DNA from: Candidatus Micrarchaeota archaeon
GTDB lineage: Archaea > Micrarchaeota > Micrarchaeia > Anstonellales > Bilamarchaeaceae
Length of the DNA stretch: 59,881 bases
Assembly: GCA_043800955.1 (NCBI GenBank)
Contig: JAZDMN010000078.1
Location: forward strand, 1-59,881
Reading direction: 5' to 3'
This document shows, in pieces, positions 8,304 through 17,884 of the stretch (the first letter of the stretch is position 1; each line of letters starts with the position of its first letter). Below the pieces are notes generated by a model, which worked only from the letters and a program-made list of their open reading frames with translations, ran no database searches and was not told where the DNA came from. A program made the translations under genes and the position numbers.

Positions 8304-11243
8304 ATGGCAGTCAAAACCAGGGAAGAACGGTTGCGGGATGTGCTAGATGCATTCATACAGGAGTTTCCATCCCTGGAAGAAGCGAGGAAGGATTTGGGAG
8401 GTTTGACAGAAGCCAGAAGTGCAAAAAAAGCAGTAGGCAGGAAAGGCCATTGGTATCAAAAAGCCCGCGTTATTTTCGGCAAAGAAGAAAGAGGCGGGGG
8501 GGAGAGCATTTCCTGGTATGACATCCTCGCTCGGCTAGTTATGAACGCAAGCTGGTTCGAAAATATCGATGACGCCAGGGCATTTTGCGAGGAAGTCAGA
8601 AACCAGGGTAGGGAAACGGCTAGAGCTAAAGTGCTCGCAAGATGCAAGGAGAAGAGGGAAAAACGGCTTGACGTGGTGTTAGCCGCATTCAAGAAGGCAT
8701 TTCCCTCGCTGGAATATGCACGGAACAACTTGGATGCACTTAGAGAAGGAAATGTGAGGCCGAAGAAAGGCGAGCGCGGGCACTTTTATTACCAAGCAAT
8801 CCAGTTATTCAGCAAGGTCAAAGGGCGCGTAGGATCTTGGCACGACGATGCCTTGCCGGAACTCATGCTACGTGCAGGCTGGTTCAGAACGCTGGATGAA
8901 GCGAAGGCCTTTGCAGATGCCAGCCGGGAGACAAGCAGGAAAAAATCGAAATCTAAACGGCGGTCTATGGTTGAGCAGGAGATAATCACTGCATTCGTAA
9001 AGGAATTCCTTAGTCTTGAGAAGGCGAAAGCCGATCTAGGGCGGCTAAGCGCGGCCAGAGCAAGGAAAATAGGAAATGGCGCTGGTGCGAACTGGTTTTT
9101 TTGCGCCGCCAACTTTTACAAAAAGACAGGTGGGAAAACAGGTTCTTGGTATTCTGACGCCCTGCCGTGGCTGGCATTTAGAGCGGGTTGGTTCGATAGC
9201 ATCGAAAAGGCCAGGGAGTTCGGAGATGAAGTGAGGAATCAGGCAGTCAAGACGAGGGGACATAGGGCTTGCCGATTGAGCGAAGCAGAGGTTGTTGGGG
9301 CTTTTGTGGAGGAATTCAAATCGCTCGAAACGGTCCGAAAGAACTTAGGGCGGCTCAGCGCGGATGAGGTCAAGGACATGGGCTGGTATAATCCTGCCCG
9401 CTCGCTTTTCAAAGGAAGCAGAGGTGGAAAACCAAGACCGGGGAGTTGGTACGGCGATATTCTTCCTAAACTCGTGGTGAAAGCAGGATGGTTCAAAACC
9501 ATTGAAGAGGCGCAGGGATTCTCAAAGAGTGTCGAGGCGCATTACGCCACAATTGCATGGAGAAGAATAACCGAGAAGCGGCTGAAGAAAAGGGATGTGA
9601 GGTTAATTGAAGAATTCAGAAAGGATTTTCCGTCTCTCGACGAAGTGAGATGGAATCCCGCAAGACTGGGAGAAGGACGAGTCTGCAATAGAAGATGGCA
9701 CAGCGCAGCGGTAAGGGTTTTCAGGGGCCCGGATAATAAACGAAGAGGAAATTGGTATACGGACATTTTACCATACGTTATGATGAAGGCCGGTTGGTTT
9801 ACTGGCATAGCGGAGGCGAAGGCCTTCGGCCAGGAGGTAAAAAAGCGGTATAGACAGCAGACTTACGGTAAAAGTGCGGCGCCAGTGCGCACTGAATCTT
9901 CCGCTCCGCCTCATCCTGCAAAAAGTGATTCTAAAATGCAGCGAAAATACGCCATCGTGATAGCCACTCTGAGAAGCGCAAGGGGCGCTAGCTTCGAGGG
10001 CATATCATCCTGCCTTTCACTCGATGCGACGGCTGCAAACACGAATGGAAACGGAAATGGGATGGCGCGTGCGGTGGTCATAGACGCTGCGCCCGCAGGA
10101 AGGCAGCTCACGCCAGGAGAGCTGGTCCGCCTCAATATGATGACCGAAAACTGGGGCGGGGATTTGGCTGAGGCGTACGCCTCTGCCTTCGCGTACATCG
10201 CGCCGTATCTGACTACGAGGCTTCTGATGCTCCATATGCTCAGGCTCTCAAAGGAAAGGACGCTGCCGGAGCTGAACGAAGGTGCGAGCTTCATGAGCGG
10301 GCCCGGGGAGGTCTATGGCGCGCTTCAGGACCTGAGGGCGGAAATCGAAAAAGGCGGAATGAATGTTCCGAAAGTTGTTGATGTCGATGCCGAAAAGGAC
10401 ATGCTTAACAAATCGAAAAACCCGATCCGCCTCCTCTCAGTGCTGCCCGACTCGCCACTGGCGCCAGGTTCGCTTGATTTCGTGGAGTGTTCGAGCCTCT
10501 ACCAGTTCAATCCCAGGAAACATCCTACGATAGCCAGGGATACGCTAACCGAGGCCGCGCGGGTGCTGAAATACAATGGGGCGCTCATACTCACCAGCAC
10601 GGTGAAGAGATTCTCCGCCACTTTCGAGGAAGGTCTGCGGAAGCTCGGCTTCGACATAGTCGCGCCGGCGAACACGCGACTTGAGCTGTCGGAGGAAACA
10701 AAGGCGAAAGTAGCTGCCGCGATGGGCGAGGAGGTGCTCGGCAAAGCGGTTGATGCTTCAAAGCGCACATACCATCTTATCGCAATTAAAAGCGCAAGGC
10801 CCGGGGGGGACGCGCCTGCGGGGATGTTCGGCTTCGAGAGACCGAAGGCCGCATTGCCAGAGGAAGCGAGAACCATGGCAACGCAGGCAAGAAGATTCGA
10901 CAGGGACAGGAAGGCATCCACCGAAGCAGCGGTGCACAACATGGGCAGCTTCGCCGCGATGATGGAACGGTTGGAACCGGACTCGCACGAAAGGAACGCG
11001 GTGCTCATCCAGACCATACTCAGCAAGTACCTGCTCGACCCGAAGGTAAGGAAGCCCGAGTGCGGGCCTGATGAATTGCTGGAAAACGCCGGGAAAATCG
11101 CGGAAGAAGTGAGATGGGCGAACGGGACTGAGAAGGAGAAGTACTACATTTACCTGAGAAGGGCTGCCGAGACTCACAGGGCGAAGCTCGATGCTTCGGC
11201 AAGGACTAGGAGAGCTTCAACGTGCCAAGCAAAGACTGGATGA
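8304..11243 (+). CDS. Large protein of unknown function: five tandem ~100-aa repeats plus a C-terminal region with a possible class I methyltransferase-like fold
   Basis: The repeats share EF.SLE.A+..L...GSWY.D.LP.L...AGWF...EA..F. The C-terminal part reads FMSGPGE...VVDVDAEKDML...LDFVECSSLYQFNP...EAARVLKYNGALIL, a weak by-eye resemblance only. Confidence 0.7.
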   Translation: MAVKTREERLRDVLDAFIQEFPSLEEARKDLGGLTEARSAKKAVGRKGHWYQKARVIFGKEERGGGESISWYDILARLVMNASWFENIDDARAFCEEVRNQGRETARAKVLARCKEKREKRLDVVLAAFKKAFPSLEYARNNLDALREGNVRPKKGERGHFYYQAIQLFSKVKGRVGSWHDDALPELMLRAGWFRTLDEAKAFADASRETSRKKSKSKRRSMVEQEIITAFVKEFLSLEKAKADLGRLSAARARKIGNGAGANWFFCAANFYKKTGGKTGSWYSDALPWLAFRAGWFDSIEKAREFGDEVRNQAVKTRGHRACRLSEAEVVGAFVEEFKSLETVRKNLGRLSADEVKDMGWYNPARSLFKGSRGGKPRPGSWYGDILPKLVVKAGWFKTIEEAQGFSKSVEAHYATIAWRRITEKRLKKRDVRLIEEFRKDFPSLDEVRWNPARLGEGRVCNRRWHSAAVRVFRGPDNKRRGNWYTDILPYVMMKAGWFTGIAEAKAFGQEVKKRYRQQTYGKSAAPVRTESSAPPHPAKSDSKMQRKYAIVIATLRSARGASFEGISSCLSLDATAANTNGNGNGMARAVVIDAAPAGRQLTPGELVRLNMMTENWGGDLAEAYASAFAYIAPYLTTRLLMLHMLRLSKERTLPELNEGASFMSGPGEVYGALQDLRAEIEKGGMNVPKVVDVDAEKDMLNKSKNPIRLLSVLPDSPLAPGSLDFVECSSLYQFNPRKHPTIARDTLTEAARVLKYNGALILTSTVKRFSATFEEGLRKLGFDIVAPANTRLELSEETKAKVAAAMGEEVLGKAVDASKRTYHLIAIKSARPGGDAPAGMFGFERPKAALPEEARTMATQARRFDRDRKASTEAAVHNMGSFAAMMERLEPDSHERNAVLIQTILSKYLLDPKVRKPECGPDELLENAGKIAEEVRWANGTEKEKYYIYLRRAAETHRAKLDASARTRRASTCQAKTG
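8325..9851 (+). repeat. Five diverged tandem coding repeats (about aa 8-112, 117-215, 221-318, 324-418, 424-517 of the 979-aa protein)
   Basis: Each unit has F(P/K/L)SLE...GSW(Y/H).D.LP...AGWF...(E/D)A(K/R/Q).F. Similarity is at protein level only. Confidence 0.7.
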
Positions 11244-12894
11244 GCGCCCAGTTCACGAATAACACGTAAAGCAATAGCAGCAACAGCAGGAAATAGAGCA
11301 CCCGGACCGGCTTCTTCACCAGGTATTTGTAGAACGACTTCAGCGGCTTTGCGATTAGCGCGCCCACGACCATCCCCGCGGCTTTCAATATGAACTGCAG
11401 GAGCTTGAGCAATCCGCCGAGCAATGCGTCAAGGATGCTGGGTCCGGCCTTCTTCACGACCTTCTTCTCCACGATGACTTCCTTCACCACTTCCTTGACC
11501 CGGACGGGCAGGACTTTCTGGGCCGGAACGGGCTTCTGGCGGGTTTCGGGTTTGGGAACGGAGCGGGGGGGTTGCTGGAGGGTTTCAGGCTTTGGAGAGG
11601 CAGCGGGTTGTGGTTTTGATATCGGCGCTGCCTTGGGAGCGGCATCCCTCTTCGCGTATTTCTTGAGGAGCGCGGGGTCGCACGCATTCCTGAGCGCATC
11701 GTCCGGAACCACGCTCATCGTGGTCGCGGGAGCGAAGACCTTCACTTGGACCGGAACTGTCTGATTGCCCCCGTCTGCAAGCGTTGAAAGGAGGGCGGTG
11801 CCGGGCGGGAGGGATTTCAATGCCTCCATGATGTCGAATCCCGCCTTCGGGAATGATTTCGCCAGCGCTTTCAGGCGCGCGTTCCCCTTTTCCGTCATAG
11901 GTTTCTGCGAGAATATTATCTTGGTGGAAAGCTGGCCGAGTATCTCGTCCGGTATGTCCGTGACATCCTGCGTGACGAAAAAGATCGAGACGCCTTTCGA
12001 GCGTATCTGCTTCAGCATCGTCACCATCAAATCGCGCAGCGACTTGTTCGCGTCTTTGAAGAGATAGTGCGCCTCGTCGAAAAAGATGACGAACCTGGGT
12101 TTGTCCACGTCGCCTACTTCTGGAAGCTGCGAGAAAAGCTTCTGGAGAAGGAATGCAGGGGAAATCGTGACTGCCATATCTGAGCGCGCATCCGAAAGGT
12201 TCAGGACGTTCAGCCCGCCCAAATCCTCGAGCCGGACGCTGGGCTTTCCAAACATCCGCTCCAGTCCGGATTCCTGCAATGCGATGATTTTGCGCTGGAT
12301 GACCGAGATGCTTGAGGGGCTGATGCCCCGCTGGTTCGTGCTGACAAGCTGGTCCAGGACGTCGAGCAGCTGCTCCGGCGTATCGAGCGGGATGTCGCTT
12401 TTTTTCGCGTATGAGAACGCGATGGCTAAGTGGCTCTCCTGCGTCGGGTTTAGAGAAAGAAGACGTGAGAACAAAACGCTGCCGACGCTGCTGATCGAGA
12501 AGCGGAATGGTATGAATCTGTCGCTCGCGCTCCAGTAATTGGCCCCGAACGCCTGCGGCTCGAACGGGGCGAGCGAGTTCCGCTCGTTCCATTTTTTTTC
12601 AGTTTCGGATGGCTCTTTGTCGTTCTGAATGAATGCAGGCTCGCAGAATCCGCTCGCATCGCCCTTCACGTCTGAGACGAATACATGCACGCCGGAATTT
12701 GCCAGCTGCTCGGCCAGCACCTGCATGGCGCGACTTTTCCCTGTGCCTGTGCTGCCGGCGATGATTCCATGGCGTGTAAGGTAGCGATAAGGAATGCCGC
12801 ATGCTACCCCGTCTGATTCGCCTAAAGCAAGCACTGGGGGCGCTTCAACGTTATTTGCCATCGGATTGAGTTTGCAATCAGGATTTTTAATCAT
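11206..12894 (-). CDS. HerA-like/DUF853-type P-loop NTPase with Pro/Lys-rich linker and C-terminal TM anchor
   Basis: GIIAGSTGTGKSRAMQVLAEQL (Walker A), FVIFFDEAHYLF (Walker B). The tail is PKAAPISKPQPAASPKPE..., then hydrophobic LKAAGMVVGALIA and YFLLLLLLLYVLFV. An alternative start is MANNVE at 12861. Confidence 0.7.
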   Translation of the reverse strand: MIKNPDCKLNPMANNVEAPPVLALGESDGVACGIPYRYLTRHGIIAGSTGTGKSRAMQVLAEQLANSGVHVFVSDVKGDASGFCEPAFIQNDKEPSETEKKWNERNSLAPFEPQAFGANYWSASDRFIPFRFSISSVGSVLFSRLLSLNPTQESHLAIAFSYAKKSDIPLDTPEQLLDVLDQLVSTNQRGISPSSISVIQRKIIALQESGLERMFGKPSVRLEDLGGLNVLNLSDARSDMAVTISPAFLLQKLFSQLPEVGDVDKPRFVIFFDEAHYLFKDANKSLRDLMVTMLKQIRSKGVSIFFVTQDVTDIPDEILGQLSTKIIFSQKPMTEKGNARLKALAKSFPKAGFDIMEALKSLPPGTALLSTLADGGNQTVPVQVKVFAPATTMSVVPDDALRNACDPALLKKYAKRDAAPKAAPISKPQPAASPKPETLQQPPRSVPKPETRQKPVPAQKVLPVRVKEVVKEVIVEKKVVKKAGPSILDALLGGLLKLLQFILKAAGMVVGALIAKPLKSFYKYLVKKPVRVLYFLLLLLLLYVLFVNWALIQSLLGTLKLS

Positions 12895-12911
12895 GAGCGA
12901 GAAGGCTCATC

Positions 12912-13694
12912 ATGGATAGCTTCGTCAAATCGCTTCATACGCCGCCTAAGGACTCGCGCAAGGGGGACAACGGACGGCTGCTCGTTATTGGCGGAAGCAG
13001 GGATTATCACGGTGCGCCCATGTTCACGCTGCTTGCGGCAAGGCGTTTTGTCGATTTGCTTTATTTTTTTCCGGCAGAGAAAGATTCGTATCTGATAAAC
13101 GCGGTGAAAACGATTCCCGAAGCGATAGTTGTCGATAGATACGATAGTCCGGCAATCCGCGGGAAGTTGGACTGCGTTCTTTATGGAATCGGGTTGGGCG
13201 ATACGAAACCGAAACTTCCAGCCATCCCATCCGGAACTGCGCTCGTCATCGATGGGGACGGCCTTAAGCGCGTGAAAGGGAAAATCCCCAAAGGCGCCAT
13301 ACTCACCCCGCACGAAAACGAGTTCAGGATGCTTTTCGGGATGGAAGGGAGCGAAAGGAATGTGCTAACCATGGCAAGGAAACACGGATGCGTTATCCTG
13401 AAGAAGGGGCCTATTGACATCATTGCAGACGGAAGACCAGGTGCCGGCTGTGGACGGGTTGAAACGAACCGCATCCACAACCAGGGCATGACCAAGGGGG
13501 GGACAGGGGACGTCTTGGCCGGGCTCGTTGCAGCCCTCGCCTGCAAGAACGACGCGTTCACGGCTGCTGTTGCCGGAGCGCGGATAAACGGCAACGCCGG
13601 CAACCTGCTCAAAAAAAGGTATGGGTACAATTATTGCGCATCAGACCTCGCGCAGATGCTTGCGGAAAGCTATATGATGCTCAAGGGAAAGTGA
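12912..13694 (+). CDS. ADP-dependent NAD(P)H-hydrate dehydratase (YjeF C-terminal/carbohydrate-kinase family)
   Basis: KGDNGRLLVIGGSRDYHGAP and KGGTGDVLAGLVAAL. Confidence 0.8.
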   Translation: MDSFVKSLHTPPKDSRKGDNGRLLVIGGSRDYHGAPMFTLLAARRFVDLLYFFPAEKDSYLINAVKTIPEAIVVDRYDSPAIRGKLDCVLYGIGLGDTKPKLPAIPSGTALVIDGDGLKRVKGKIPKGAILTPHENEFRMLFGMEGSERNVLTMARKHGCVILKKGPIDIIADGRPGAGCGRVETNRIHNQGMTKGGTGDVLAGLVAALACKNDAFTAAVAGARINGNAGNLLKKRYGYNYCASDLAQMLAESYMMLKGK

Positions 13695-13698
13695 TGGC

Positions 13699-14595
13699 AT
13701 GATGATACGGGACATCAAGGCGGAAGACCTGAAAGGTTTCGACGGAGCGATGCTTGCGGACTGCGGCTTCCAGGCGACTAATATCGGCCGGGCAATAGAC
13801 ATAATCGGCAGGATGAAGAAGGAGAACGCCACGGTCTTCCTGACGTTCACTTCGAACATGATAGCCTCCGGCCTCCGTGGTGTTGTAACCGAGATGTGCA
13901 GGCGCAAGTTCGTGGACGTCATCATCACGGCAGGCGGCTCGCTCGACCATGACCTAATCAAATCCGCCAAGCCCTACGAGCTTGGGGACTTCATGATGGA
14001 CGATGCGGCGCTTCATCGGAAAGGCATCAACAGGATTGGTAATATCCTCGTCCCCAATGACCGCTACGAATACCTCGAGACATTCATGCACGGGGTGTAT
14101 GACGAGATGTATGCGGTCGACAAGCTTACTTCCCCGTCCGCCATCGCGAGGAAGATAGGTGAAAAGACGAAGCCTGACTCGTTCCTTCACTGGTGCACGA
14201 AAAACAAGATTCCGGTTTTCTGCCCGGGGATAACGGACTCGGCCATCGGCCTTCAGACGTACTTCTACAAACAGAAGAGGAAGGACTTCGGAATCGATGT
14301 CACGAAGGACATGAACGAGCTGGCGCAGCTTTCATTGAACGCGGACAGCACTGGCGGCATCATCCTGGGCGGCGGGATTTCCAAGCATCACGCCATCGGA
14401 GTCAACCTCCTGCGGGGCGGGTTCGATTATGCAGTTTATGTCACCACCTCCTCGCCGTGGGACGGTTCCTTAAGCGGCGCGCGCACCAACGAGGGTATCT
14501 CATGGGGCAAAATCAAGGAGAAAGCAAACCACGTGACGGTTGACGCGGATGCGACTATAGCGCTGCCATTATTAATGTCAAGGTTCCTCAGGTGA
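13699..14595 (+). CDS. dys: Deoxyhypusine synthase
   Basis: FLTFTSNMIASGLRG, ITAGGSLDHD, ILGGGISKHH. Confidence 0.9.
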   Translation: MMIRDIKAEDLKGFDGAMLADCGFQATNIGRAIDIIGRMKKENATVFLTFTSNMIASGLRGVVTEMCRRKFVDVIITAGGSLDHDLIKSAKPYELGDFMMDDAALHRKGINRIGNILVPNDRYEYLETFMHGVYDEMYAVDKLTSPSAIARKIGEKTKPDSFLHWCTKNKIPVFCPGITDSAIGLQTYFYKQKRKDFGIDVTKDMNELAQLSLNADSTGGIILGGGISKHHAIGVNLLRGGFDYAVYVTTSSPWDGSLSGARTNEGISWGKIKEKANHVTVDADATIALPLLMSRFLR

Positions 14596-15149
14596 ATCGC
14601 ATGCTTGAATACATCATCGCCTTCATTTCCGGCGCGCTTGTAAAGACGGTGGACTGGCTCGACGACACGAAGAAGAGCAAGAGCCCTGTAAAATACCTGC
14701 TCGGGGCGCTGTATGGTCTCCTTATCGGGTATTTAATCGGCAGGGCGTCGTTCTCGCTCATCTTCCTCGCCGCGCTCGCTGCGCAGGTCTTCGCGAGGAA
14801 GGTCGACACGACCGCGCACAAGCTCGGGTTCCTCGTCGCTGCTGTTTCGCTCCTATACTTCAGCTTCCCGACAATAGACGCTGGGCTTTTCATCCTGTTC
14901 CTCGCACTTGCGTTCCTTGACGAGATGGATTACATCGGAAAGCTCAGGTGGGTCGCCGAATACAGGCCTTTCCTGAAGATAGGCGCCCTATTGCCGGCAA
15001 TATTCGGGGTATGGGACTACTTCTTTGGGATAATAGTATTCGACATCGGATACGAACTTGTCGCGACCCTCACCAGAAGCAGGGAAAAGGAGGTTGAAAC
15101 GAAAGCGGCGCCCCCGCAAAGAGTGCGCCGCAGGGGAAAGGGCACTTAA
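14592..15149 (+). CDS. Hypothetical polytopic membrane protein
   Basis: Several hydrophobic segments and a basic C-tail. Its GTG start has a 4-nt overlap with the dys stop. Confidence 0.5.
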   Translation: MNRMLEYIIAFISGALVKTVDWLDDTKKSKSPVKYLLGALYGLLIGYLIGRASFSLIFLAALAAQVFARKVDTTAHKLGFLVAAVSLLYFSFPTIDAGLFILFLALAFLDEMDYIGKLRWVAEYRPFLKIGALLPAIFGVWDYFFGIIVFDIGYELVATLTRSREKEVETKAAPPQRVRRRGKGT

Positions 15150-15209
15150 TTGCAGCGGGGAAATGCCCTATCCCAAGTATTTTAGCGATATCCCCCAGAT
15201 AAACATCTC

Positions 15210-16163
15210 ATGGATGAGGGGCTGGATTTTGCTGTCAAATATCCGTTCAGCTCCAGCGCCAAAGCCGCCCTTTCCGGAACCGAGCTCAACGAGCGGATTG
15301 TGGACATGGCGCTCGTGCGGCTGAAGAAGGCGCTCAAGGGCGACAAATCCGTCAAGCTGCTCCTCCATGATTCGGACCGCAAGGAGGAAATAGCGTCATA
15401 CGCCGCGGCGAGGATGATTCTTGGCCACCTGCGGAACAATTACCTCACGAATTCATTTGCGGTGAACGAATCGAAGAAGGTCCGCGACAATCTTGACAAG
15501 GAGGACTCGAAGACCGTGGATGCGGTAGCAACCGAGTTCGGGATTTCCACAGGCTCAGGCGGCGGCAGGATGGACATCGACCTCCCGACCTATCTGCGGT
15601 TCAGCACCCGCAACCCGCACTACCGCCTCATCAACAGGCGCCTGATTTGCGGGAGGGTGGAGATAACATACGACGAGAAGAAGCGGCTTGTCGAAGAAGC
15701 GGTGAAGAAACACATCGAAATCATCCCGCTCGTCAAAGACCCTCCGGACATGATAAAGTCCGCAGGGAAGAAGCTCATAGAGGAGCTCCCTAAAACCGAA
15801 AGCCGGATAATCGTGAACGTCAAGGAAGGCGACCATCCGCCCTGCGTCATGAGGCTCCTTGAGGAGATGAAGAAGCACCAGAACCTCCCGCACCAGGCGA
15901 GGCTGTTCCTTTCATCATACCTTATTACGGCAGGCATGAACGATGACGAGATAACCGACCTGTTTTCGATGCTCCCGGATTTCAGCGAGAAGGTTACAAG
16001 GTACCAGGTTGGGCATATCCGGAAGAAGGGGTACAACGTGGCCTCGTGCGCGACGGTCATGACATACGGGCTCTGCTGCGCGGTCTGCAAAATCGGGAGC
16101 CCGCTGAATTGGCATTCGCTCGATGATTATAGGAAAAAGTCAATCAGGGAGGGGACGGCCTGA
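15210..16163 (+). CDS. priL: DNA primase large subunit
   Basis: PPCVMRLLEEMKKHQNLPHQARLFLSSYLITAGM and a C-terminal Cys cluster (CATVMTYGLCCAVC). Confidence 0.85.
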   Translation: MDEGLDFAVKYPFSSSAKAALSGTELNERIVDMALVRLKKALKGDKSVKLLLHDSDRKEEIASYAAARMILGHLRNNYLTNSFAVNESKKVRDNLDKEDSKTVDAVATEFGISTGSGGGRMDIDLPTYLRFSTRNPHYRLINRRLICGRVEITYDEKKRLVEEAVKKHIEIIPLVKDPPDMIKSAGKKLIEELPKTESRIIVNVKEGDHPPCVMRLLEEMKKHQNLPHQARLFLSSYLITAGMNDDEITDLFSMLPDFSEKVTRYQVGHIRKKGYNVASCATVMTYGLCCAVCKIGSPLNWHSLDDYRKKSIREGTA

Positions 16164-17266
16164 TGGGCGCCAATGAGGTCGCTTTTGCCAGGAAGATATT
16201 CGCATCCTACTACGACAAGGCTGAGTTCAGGATTCCGAAAATCGAGCAGAGGGAGTTCGGGATAGGCAACCAGAAGAAGATTGACGCAAGGCACCTCAAT
16301 TTCGGAAACGCGCAGGAATTCCGGAACTACCTCTGCAATAACACCCCCCTCTTCGTCTCGCACTCGACATCATACTATGATTTCCCGGGGGCGAGCCCGA
16401 TGCAGAAGAAGGGGTGGCGGGGGGCCGACCTGGTCTTCGACCTTGACATCCATGCGGAAGGCAAATACGGCGCGTATGCCCACCTAGGCCGCGTCAAGGA
16501 GGACGTGGCCCGCCTCGTGAACGATTTCATCCTGGGCGATTTCGGGGTGAAAAAGGAGCATGTCGTTGTGGCGTTCTCCGGCAACCGGGGCTACCATGTG
16601 CATGTCCGCGACCCGGCGTTCCTGCCGCTCGGGAGCGAAGAGCGACGCGAGCTTGTCGACTACATCATGGGCCAGGGCCTCAACTACACCGAATTCTTTT
16701 CGCTCGAAGGAAGGCCGGCAAAGCTAATCGGACCAAAGCCTAGTGAGGGCGGATACCGCGGGAGGCTCGCAAGGGGGACGATAAAGCTTCTGGAGGAGAG
16801 CCCGGGCACGCTCTCCAGATTGTTCACAAAAGAGAAGGAGAAGGGTTTTTTCATCAGTGGCATCAACGAAGGCAATTGGAGCAGGACCTCCCTTAAATCC
16901 AACGACCTGGTCGGAAGGCTCAAACCAATCGCTGCGGACCTTCCGGTCAACTCGGTCGACACCGATGTCGGGGTGACGCAGGATTTGAGCAAGCTCATCC
17001 GCGTGCCGAATTCCATCCACGGAGACACAGGCCTGGTCGCTAGGATTGTAGGGGATATCACTACCTTCAACCCCTGGGTTGATGCGCGGATTCCTGGTGG
17101 GGCCCCGCTTCGCGTGCGCTTTGTTGAGGATGTCCCGGCGATAGAGATGGAAGGGACGGTAGGCCCATTCAGGAAAGACGAGGAGAAAGAGCTCCCACAG
17201 CATCAGGCGCTGTTCTTCATGCTCAAGGGGAGCGCCACGCTCGTTGCCGGGCAGATGGCAGACTAG
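16163..17266 (+). CDS. priS: DNA primase small (catalytic) subunit
   Basis: DLVFDLDI, FSGNRGYHVHV, IRVPNSIHGDTGL. TGATG overlap with priL. Confidence 0.9.
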   Translation: MGANEVAFARKIFASYYDKAEFRIPKIEQREFGIGNQKKIDARHLNFGNAQEFRNYLCNNTPLFVSHSTSYYDFPGASPMQKKGWRGADLVFDLDIHAEGKYGAYAHLGRVKEDVARLVNDFILGDFGVKKEHVVVAFSGNRGYHVHVRDPAFLPLGSEERRELVDYIMGQGLNYTEFFSLEGRPAKLIGPKPSEGGYRGRLARGTIKLLEESPGTLSRLFTKEKEKGFFISGINEGNWSRTSLKSNDLVGRLKPIAADLPVNSVDTDVGVTQDLSKLIRVPNSIHGDTGLVARIVGDITTFNPWVDARIPGGAPLRVRFVEDVPAIEMEGTVGPFRKDEEKELPQHQALFFMLKGSATLVAGQMAD

Positions 17267-17322
17267 GGAGAAGAAAGAACAGGATAAAATAATAAGATAA
17301 AATTGAAAGAAGAAAGAAAAAA

Positions 17323-17745
17323 TTATTTCTTGGCCGAAGGAGCCTTGGCCGATCCGCCGTCAGTGGCCTTCGAGAGCTGGATTTTGGGCGGGATAAGCGG
17401 GGCTGTGAGGCCAAGGACGCGTGCGATCAGTGTGCCGTTCGCGCTGCCGCTGTAGTTGACCGCGCTCAGGACGACCGTCGCGTACTCATCAGGCACCTTC
17501 TTGTTCTTCTTCCAGGTCTCCGCGATTTCCTTCGAGAGCTTCGGCTCCTCCTTCGCGAGGATGATGCCGCGGATTTTTATCTGGCCCACGTCCTCCTGGT
17601 AGTTTGCAGTGTAGACGTAGGTAATCTCGACGATCTCCTCTGCAAGCTTCACGTCCTCGAGCGAGATGTTTATGTTAAGGCCCTTTATGTTCGTCTTGGG
17701 CACTTTGTTCCCGCTGACTTCAAGTATCCTTTCACCAACAATCAT
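17323..17745 (-). CDS. Hypothetical protein
   Basis: Clean 140-aa ORF with no recognisable motif. Confidence 0.5.
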   Translation of the reverse strand: MIVGERILEVSGNKVPKTNIKGLNINISLEDVKLAEEIVEITYVYTANYQEDVGQIKIRGIILAKEEPKLSKEIAETWKKNKKVPDEYATVVLSAVNYSGSANGTLIARVLGLTAPLIPPKIQLSKATDGGSAKAPSAKK

Positions 17746-17812
17746 TCAATTCGCCTCCATGATAATTCGATGGGACTAATCTGGAGGAAAAAATATTAAA
17801 ACCTGAGCGAAA

Positions 17813-17850
17813 CCGATTAGTGGAAGTGGGCACGGCCGATTAGTGGAAGT
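17813..17850. promoter_or_regulatory. Two direct 15-nt ORB-like repeats (CCGATTAGTGGAAGT) upstream of orc1; candidate replication-origin elements
   Basis: Perfect copies at 17813-17827 and 17836-17850. They contain AGTGGAA, resembling the archaeal ORB core. An AT-rich tract lies at 17787-17801. Confidence 0.45.
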
Positions 17851-17854
17851 ACGG

Positions 17855-17862
17855 TATAAAAA
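17855..17862 (+). promoter_or_regulatory. TATA box for orc1 (transcript apparently leaderless)
   Basis: TATAAAAA centred ~27 nt upstream of the ATG at 17885. Confidence 0.4.
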
Positions 17863-17884
17863 TGTTTCCTGAGTAAGGGCTCAC

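Noticed and set aside
11585-12592. 335-aa alternative-frame ORF inside the DUF853-like gene
   Set aside because: It is on the same strand but in a different frame from an ORF with Walker A/B motifs. Its Arg-rich composition is typical of an off-frame.
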